A stretch of DNA of 64,000 nucleotides from Acidobacteriaceae bacterium. GTDB taxonomy: Bacteria > Acidobacteriota > Terriglobia > Terriglobales > Acidobacteriaceae. The stretch spans positions 7,063-71,062 of the forward strand of contig DATCFM010000099.1 in NCBI GenBank assembly GCA_036509515.1, written 5' to 3'. Each line of letters starts with the position of its first letter. Position 1 is the stretch's first letter. The notes beneath the pieces are model-generated. The model saw only the letters and a program-made list of their open reading frames with translations. It had not been told where the DNA came from and searched no databases. Below, in pieces: positions 57,090 to 64,000 of this stretch. A program made the translations under genes and the position numbers.

Positions 57090-57199
57090 GATTCCCGGAT
57101 ACGCTGCGTGAACATGATCTCTCTTGCGATCACGGCGATGTATGATGACTGGCCGCCGGTCCGCGAGCACGTGTCTTCATCGCCGCCAGCACACGGCCG

Positions 57200-57930
57200 T
57201 CCACTCCGTGTTCCGTCAGGGCAATTTGTCCCTGCACGCTCAAGTCGAAGTGCACTCTTGGCGCATGGTGGATTGTGTCGAGGATATTGGCCTCATCGTC
57301 TCCAGCGACTCCGGGGCACGTGCCCAGAGCTTGCTCCCCATGAACTTGACCGGTTCATCGAGGCCGCCGCCGCGCGCAAGATTAACCTCCACCTGCTCGC
57401 TTGTGTTTACCAGATGCGATCTGCATCGCCGCATCCTGAATCGCCTTGTTGTGCAGCTCCATCGGGGTCGGCGGAGTATCATCCGCGCTCGAGCCTTTGG
57501 TCATGTGATCCATCGAATGCGTCACGGAGTGCAGAAATCCGCTATTCGAGCTATTGTTGTTGGCTTGTGTGACGTTGAACTCCTGGTCATAGTTCGTCTT
57601 CACGTTATCGGCAGCAACTGATCGGCCGTTACGCGCATTTGCAGCCTTGAAGCCGACTGTCATCAGAGCTGTGACCCGCTCCATGTACTGAGGCTGCGCA
57701 GGCTTGTTTTTATTCCCGAAGGTCATCATCGATTGTGCTGTCCGTTGCGGCGCCGGCTGCGAATAGCTTGTAATCGTGCACGTGATCACCGTATCCGGAT
57801 GCATATCCTCGGCCCGCAATTTGGGATCATTGCGCAGCAGGATATCTTCGAGATCGGGCTTCAGGGTTGTCGACGATTTACTTCCGCGGCGCCCGTGGTC
57901 TGTTTCTTCGAGCCAGTGAGGTTACTGAGA
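57200..57930 (-). pseudogene. Fragmented exported protein, possibly CsgG/lipoprotein-like
   Basis: Protein-like segments in successive frames (DILLRNDPKLRAEDMHPDTVITCTITSY...AAMQIAS / HLVNTSEQVEVNLARG); boundaries approximate. Confidence 0.4.
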
Positions 57931-58685
57931 AAGCCACGGCCGTGAACGCCGGTGACCGAAGACGCCTGCGTCGCCGGCACAAAGCAATTCCAGAAATGAC
58001 TTGGAATCGTGCTCACCCTGCGGTGGCGCACCCTCGTCAGCCTGTTGCAGTGCGGTGATCACACTTTCCGCGAGCGATGGTCGCGCGGTAAAGAGGCCGG
58101 CTAGAGCCCCGTGTAAAAGTGTGTGCTGGAAGAATTCGCGTGGACTGGCATTCATGATCCATGTCCTACCTTTGTCTCGTAATCAGAAACACAACAAACT
58201 GTCAAGTGTTTCGCCTGATACCTAAGAGACATTCTTCCGAGGAGAAAATCTAAAAGCATCTCGCTGCGGATTAATGGGATATGGACTTCTTCAGCCTCGG
58301 CGTCTCAGCCGGCATCGGTGGCGAATGGGAGGCATGGCCGCTGAGATATATCCTCGTGCGAGACATCTTCATTTAGATGAAATCCACATTCGCCATGCGG
58401 CGATCCCTCGCCGTCCGTCCTTACGCGCCTTGATCGATACAATGAACTCGCAGAGATTCAGGCAGAAAACCGTACAATGGCACTATCTTTGGGGTGAGAT
58501 TGCCTAAAGGAATGCCTGCTCACTGCAAAGGCTGAGCCCACTACCACTTATGTGCTGTGGCGCTTTGGGTTCGAATTGCCGATAACCGAACTAACGCAAA
58601 TGAACGAGATCCCCGCGCGGTCTGTAAAGAGTTCGAGCCACCCGCAGGTTCCTCTCTTTCCATAACTTTCGAGCTCTGCCGGCCT

Positions 58686-59864
58686 ATGGCAATTCAAATC
58701 ATTCTCATTCTCGGTGCAGGTGTCCTGGCATGCGGCAGCCTCGGTTTGCTCATCGTCCGTTTCAGCAATCCTTTGCTGCGCGGGCTGGGTTGGCTGGGTG
58801 CTTCCTTCGCCGCGGGCGCGGCCGGATCGGCTCTGCTCGCCTGCCATGGCCATCTTTCGGACCTGGTTACCATTGCCCTCGCTGATGTCCTGGTGCTCGC
58901 CTCGTTCGTTCTGCTCAACGTCGCCGTGCTTGAGCTCTCCGAGAAGGCATCGCTGATCCCTTCCTTCGGAATCGCCCTGCTTGTCCTGCAAGCCAGCGCG
59001 GACCTGGCCATGATCTACACACCCTCCAATCTAGGGCCGGGCAGGATTCGGGTTCTTATCGCAGGCCTGCTGATCGCCGCAGTCTGCACGCAGGTTGCCT
59101 GGGATCTCCTCCGGATGACGCGGAGAACCATTCGCTCCGCTGCATGGTTCACCGCCACTTTGCTGATCCTCTTCATGTTCTACAACGTCGTCCGTTCTCT
59201 GGCCGTCGGCCTGGGGATCCTTCGCGAGCCATTGATCCTGTACCGCGAAGAGGCCATTACCTTCGGTCTCTTCATCGCGGTCGCGCTGGGCATCGCCTTC
59301 GGCTTCTTCTGGATGACAACCTCAATGCTGACTACCGGCCTCGAACAGATGGCCAGCACAGATCCGCTCACCCGTATCTACAACCGCCGCGTCTTCCAGA
59401 TGTGGTGCGAGAAAGAGCTTATCCGCGGCCAGCGCACGGGTACGCCCTTTTCAGTGCTCATGGTGGACCTCGACCACTTCAAGCAGATCAATGATTGCTT
59501 CGGCCATCAGGCCGGCGACCTCGCCCTCTGCGCAGTGGTCGAAAAGATGCAGGACTCTGTACGCGGCATCGACGTCCTGGGCCGCTGGGGTGGCGAGGAG
59601 TTCGCGGTCCTTCTGCCCGGCGCTGCCGCCGATGCTGCGCTTCTCGTCGCGCAGCGCGTTCGCCGCAACATCGAGCGCATCCTGTTGCCCGGCACGGGCA
59701 TCCGCAACGGCGAGCGGGTGCAGATGATCAGCGTCACCGCCAGCGTCGGCATCGCCACCTATCGTGGCGTGGACGACACTGTCCACACCATGATGGAGCG
59801 GGCTGATATGGCGCTCTATCAGGCCAAAGCGGCCGGCCGCAACTGCGTGCTCGCCACAGCCTGA
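58686..59864 (+). CDS. Membrane-bound diguanylate cyclase
   Basis: About seven TM helices; DPLTRIYNRR, DLDHFKQIND..GH..GD, RGID I-site and RWGGEEF, ALYQAKAAGRN. Confidence 0.92.
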   Translation: MAIQIILILGAGVLACGSLGLLIVRFSNPLLRGLGWLGASFAAGAAGSALLACHGHLSDLVTIALADVLVLASFVLLNVAVLELSEKASLIPSFGIALLVLQASADLAMIYTPSNLGPGRIRVLIAGLLIAAVCTQVAWDLLRMTRRTIRSAAWFTATLLILFMFYNVVRSLAVGLGILREPLILYREEAITFGLFIAVALGIAFGFFWMTTSMLTTGLEQMASTDPLTRIYNRRVFQMWCEKELIRGQRTGTPFSVLMVDLDHFKQINDCFGHQAGDLALCAVVEKMQDSVRGIDVLGRWGGEEFAVLLPGAAADAALLVAQRVRRNIERILLPGTGIRNGERVQMISVTASVGIATYRGVDDTVHTMMERADMALYQAKAAGRNCVLATA

Positions 59865-60022
59865 CCCCGATAAATCGATCTCCCGACTCCTGCATCAAAA
59901 CCCAGCGCTACGTCCTGGCCGATGTTCTCCCTCGCACCACCGTTCGTCGGCAACGCGGTCTCGGTCCACAGTTCACGGCACGCAAATCCAGGACACTCGG
60001 CTATAATCGAATCCACCCCGCA

Positions 60023-60115
60023 GGAGAGTTGGCCGAGTGGCTGAAGGCGGCGGTTTGCTAAACCGTTATAGGACCAAAAGTTCTATCGGGGGTTCGAATC
60101 CCCCACTCTCCGCCA
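60023..60115 (+). tRNA. tRNA-Ser(GCT)
   Basis: GGAGAGT/ACTCTCC acceptor, anticodon loop TTGCTAA, long variable arm, GGTTCGAATCC, G73-CCA; TATAAT at 60002-60007. Confidence 0.96.
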
Positions 60116-60321
60116 CTCCTTCCTTTGAAAATGACTGAGCGTCTCCCGTTGAGCTGAAAAGCTCTGAATCCTGGGGTATTTGCGACTATTTGACGACCTG
60201 TCCTCTCAGGGAGAGAGCTTCCTGTCTCCTGTCGGCCCTGGCAAGCCGGATATTCTCCGATTCGGCAAATCGGAGAAACCGGCCATTTTGCCGTACCGGC
60301 GGAGAAAACCGGGCTGGATGC

Positions 60322-60657
60322 TTCCGCGACCAACTCCGCCAGATCAAGAAGCTCGGCAGCATGCAATCCATCCTCAAGATGCTCCCCTCCGTCGGCCCCT
60401 TCGCCGGCATGCAGCAGGCCGCCGCCAACGTCGACGAGTCGCACTTCACCCGCATCGAGGCCATCATCAACTCCATGACCTCCAAGGAGCGCCACAACTC
60501 CGCCATCATCAACGGCAGCCACCGCAAGCGCATCGCCCTCGGCTCCGGCACCACCGTGCAGGAGGTCAACAACCTCCTCCGCCAGCACACCCAGACGTCC
60601 AAATGCTCAAAGGCATGGGCAACGGCCTCACCGGCGGCATGAAAGCCCAGCAACGGG
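60322..60657 (+). pseudogene. ffh: Orphan 3' fragment of signal recognition particle protein (M domain)
   Basis: FRDQLRQIKKLGSMQSILKMLP...RIEAIINSMTSKER...IINGSHRKRIALGSGTTVQEVNNLLRQ; no NG domain or start codon; frameshift near 60600. Confidence 0.88.
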
Positions 60658-61065
60658 TTACTATCGCAAAAGCAAGGCAAACAAAGATTCGGAAGATAAC
60701 ATTTGCCAGCGCAACCGGAGTGATGATTTGGCGAGTCGCGAGCTACGAAGATTGTTCGAAGCGATAGGACAGCAAGATTGGGGCGCTGCGAACCACTCCG
60801 CAGAAAAGCTTGCAGCCGCAGAAGCCAATAGAGGGCCCCGGGCCGGGATGCGCTTTTTAGGATAAATCGCGGAACTGGCACCTAACCGCTCTCGATAACT
60901 GCTTTGCCCTGTCAACCGAAAGCTCAGCACGGAGCAAGCCGTCCGATTTGTCCTCTGGAGTGCGGTTAGACACAGCCCGGGAGCCTTCTCCTATTAGAAT
61001 TGTGTCAAACCCATATCAGAGAGTTCGGACGTCCGAGGTCTATTGGGATCTGAACCGAGGCTTGC

Positions 61066-62932
61066 ATGCGACGCGTACTGCTTAAAAATATTCAGGCCAA
61101 TAGCGGCTTTCTCGAAAATGTCATGGTTCCGTTCTCAAAGCAGCTGACGTGCATAATCGGTGCCAGAGGGACCTGCAAGTCCACAGTTGTTGAATCCGTT
61201 AGGTTTGCGTTCAATTTGGATCGAACACTCATCGCGAAGATTACTGGCGGCGAGGGAATGATTTCGAAAACGCTGGGCTCGGGAAGCATCAGATGTGAGG
61301 TTGAAGTCGTTGAAGACGGCACGTCTTCGCAATATGTGATCGAACGCGAGATCGGCAGCGAACCCCGTGTGACCCGCGACGGCACCAGGGACTCATTGGC
61401 CCAGGACATTCTCCACGAGATTGAAATTTACTCCCAAGGAGCATTGCAACAGATCGCCTCAAGTGATCGGCCAGAACTTCGGCTGGAGCTCATCGACCGT
61501 CCGCACCGAACCGCGATTGAAGGCCTACGCCGAGAGACGAAAGAACTAGTTTCAGATCTCAAGGCAATTGCGCCCAACTGAGGACGGTCCGCAGCGAACT
61601 CGAAAGAAAGCGCGCGGAGATCAAAGAACTTCACCAACTTCGACTCGAACTCGGAAGCGCAGCCGAAAACAGGCCGCGGCTGCCTCCGACCCTCGAAGAA
61701 CAGCATGCGGTTTTCATGCAACGACAACGGTTGCTCGAACTATTGAACGAAATGCAGACGAACAACGACGCGCGATTTCCGACACGGCGGTCGTGCTCCG
61801 CAATCGGGAGTCGGTTGAAACGCTGCGAGAGGTTTGCAGCAGGATTTCTCTACCCGAAACCGAACAGGCGACGCTAATTCTCGAACAGTTGCGATCGCAG
61901 ATAGAGCTCGCAGCCGATTTGCAGCAGACGCTCGCACTAATACCAGTAGCGGTACTCGCGGCCGAACTCTCTACGGCTTTCGAAAGAGCCAATGAGCAGT
62001 ACTATCAGCAGCGACAACAGCAACAGACAGTCACAGAGTTTCTCAAACGCGAAGATGTGGTTCGCCGCCGAGTAGCTGAGCTGGAGAAGGTCGAGCGTGA
62101 GGTTACGCAGCTTTCAAAATCTAACGGTTTGCTTCGGAGCAAGAGAGATGATGCCAGAACACGGATCACATATTTGCTGAACCAGATTTTTGAGTTCCGA
62201 GTTGAAGAGGCCGACAAGATCAACAACGAATTCGGGGATGTTGTGCTTCTTACCGTCCGGCGAGGGGCGCATTCGAAGCCCTATGCAGATCGCGTCTCAG
62301 AGCTGCTCGCCGGATCAAGAACGCGTTCGCAAGAAGAAATCGCGAGAGAACTCGCGACCGCTCTCCCGCCAGTCGGGCTACTCACTGTGATCGAGGAAGG
62401 CGACGCCCAGCGCCTTGCAAATCTGCTCCAAAGGGACCTAGGTCAAATGAATCGTGTCGTGACGTACCTCCGGGACCATCCAGATCTTTACGAGCTTGAC
62501 GGGCAGCTGTTTGAGGACTCACTGGAAATCACGATGTTTGACCATGGTGTCCCTAAGGCTGTCGAGCATCTCTCGGAAGGACAACGTGCGACTGCGCTAC
62601 TACCCTTAATCCTGCGGGAAGGAACCTGCCCACTCATCGTAGACCAGCCGGAGGATGATCTCGACAACAGCTTTATCTTCCAAGTATTAGTGAAAAACAT
62701 AGCCCGAATCAAGCCCGTGCGACAACTCGTGTTCGTGACACATAACGCGAACATTCCGGTGCTCGGTGACGCCGAACAGATAGTGGTAATGCATATGGAG
62801 CGCCCTGACAAGGCAGCCACGCCACGCCTCGGGGACCTAGACGAACGGAAGGGCGACGTCCTTGAGCTCCTGGAGGGCGGGAAAGAAGCCTTCGAACATC
62901 GGGAGGAGCGGTACCGCCCGCTAATCAAGTGA
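61066..62932 (+). CDS. SMC/ABC-type coiled-coil ATPase (TrlF/Ppl-ATPase-like), two single-base frameshifts
   Basis: IIGARGTCKSTVVE Walker A, YSQG Q-loop, LSEGQR signature, IVDQPEDDLDN Walker B/D-loop, FVTHN, LEGGKEAF..R. The bridging frame QLRTVRSELERKRAEIKEL...LLELLNEM links the two ORFs at about 61571 and 61755. Confidence 0.8.
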
Positions 62933-63528
62933 AGACCGATTTGGACCAGCAACTGCTCGGCTTACGCCGTTCATTCGAGGATGCCCTACCCACGATAGGT
63001 ACTGTACGTGGTCAGCTGATCGCGGACTTCCTCAATGCCCTTGACTCTTCATCCCTTGAAAACTCAGAGCGCGAATCGCGACTGGCCGCTATCTATGCGA
63101 GAGCCGACCTTGGCATCACTGACTACGTACAAATCATAGAAGCAGGGCTGCGACTTCGAAATATTATCCTTCGGAACGCCCTCGCACAGTTGCTGCCACC
63201 ACAGTTCAAATCCAAGATCTTTCCGGCCACGCAACCGACAACGGTACCGGGCGCGGCAACAGCGTCCGTCATTGCAGAGCTCCAAATAGTGCAAGCTTCA
63301 ACGGTTCCGGGCGAGGCAATCGCCCAAGAAAACTTTGAGCCGCACTCAGACGTGCTTATTTTTGTCGACCACCGACGAGCCAGCGATGAGCAGTCTGATT
63401 ATCTCGCGTGGATTGGTGCCTCTCCGCTGTCCATCGACAAAGGATATGGATTTGGCATTGTCGACGAACCCAGGAATATGTGCTGTGCTCGTATCGTCCT
63501 CCTTTTTGGCGCCCATGAACGAAATTGA
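62929..63528 (+). CDS. Hypothetical protein translationally coupled to the ATPase
   Basis: GTGA overlap with the ATPase stop; AT-richer; no recognisable motif. Confidence 0.65.
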   Translation: MKTDLDQQLLGLRRSFEDALPTIGTVRGQLIADFLNALDSSSLENSERESRLAAIYARADLGITDYVQIIEAGLRLRNIILRNALAQLLPPQFKSKIFPATQPTTVPGAATASVIAELQIVQASTVPGEAIAQENFEPHSDVLIFVDHRRASDEQSDYLAWIGASPLSIDKGYGFGIVDEPRNMCCARIVLLFGAHERN

Positions 63529-64000
63529 GCAGCGCTGTCTGGTTAAAATACTCGCGCTATTCTCGACGTTCGCATGGCTTCGGTTTGAGGACTCAAGACT
63601 GATCCCTTCAAACGTTGACGTGATCGAAATAGTCCGCGACGCCCGGTGTCGAACCTTGCCACCAGATAGCTTGTCAATCCTATTCAGCAGCGTTCCTTTG
63701 CAGCAGAGAGAGCTGGAATACGTTGAGGGCGCAAGAAACCGATTGAACAGCGGAAGACCACGTGGGCTCTTTACACCGGGGGATTTTACTGATGCTGAAC
63801 TTGATCTGCTTGGGGCAGCGATGGCAGCCTACTCTCGACATCGCCACTTCGGCGCAAAGGTGGAGTTGACCTCCGTCAGAACAAGCTTCCTGCAAGGCGT
63901 AAAAAAGGGCGCAAGAGTGGCCTTGGTGACGGTCAACGATCTCCGGATACCGATCATTGTCAAGATTTCCCAAAAAGACCTTATCTTAGGCGAGGCGAGC
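63515..64000 (+). CDS. Partial ORF running off the window; end resembles a kinase/phosphotransferase N-lobe
   Basis: ATG 63515, 162 open codons: MNEIEQRCLVK...QGVKKGARVALVTVNDLRIPIIVKISQKDLILGEAS (G-loop-like, hhVK, helix-C Glu). Confidence 0.55.
   Translation, partial: MNEIEQRCLVKILALFSTFAWLRFEDSRLIPSNVDVIEIVRDARCRTLPPDSLSILFSSVPLQQRELEYVEGARNRLNSGRPRGLFTPGDFTDAELDLLGAAMAAYSRHRHFGAKVELTSVRTSFLQGVKKGARVALVTVNDLRIPIIVKISQKDLILGEAS

Noticed and set aside
57922-58155. Short ORF with a Tat-like N-terminus
   Set aside because: The twin-Arg motif is degenerate (PREFF) and the ORF is short; at most a remnant.

Overview
High-GC bacterial chromosome segment, very likely Acidobacteriota (Terriglobales/Acidobacteriaceae), judged from the Acidobacterial-type VWA proteins, YXWGXW protein, PEP-CTERM protein and repeat families. 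Core genes include lhr, kdsC, a propeller/Y_Y_Y two-component system, a compact pyrD-E-F-C-B operon, manA, a sugar MFS transporter, trxB, GH39, S10 peptidase, mreC-mreD-mrdA-rodA-rne, recG, phzF, a peroxiredoxin, tRNA-Cys and tRNA-Ser. There are three accessory zones: 31.9-38.1 kb (AT-richer ATPase and HExxH proteins, pseudogenes), 55-60 kb between the two tRNAs (type III PKS, decayed genes, GGDEF) and an island starting after tRNA-Ser (ffh 3' fragment, SMC/ABC-type ATPase, unknown ORF, kinase-like ORF running off the edge). The most striking signal is recG (969 aa). It carries in-frame copies of about four families of palindromic REP/MITE-like elements at three separate sites, and two of those families also occur intergenically in the window. 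Repeats of this kind sit against orphan antitoxins, a truncated toxin and an AT-richer cargo gene. Several genes show single-base frameshifts that may be assembly errors. All family assignments are from motif recognition by eye; no database searches were run.
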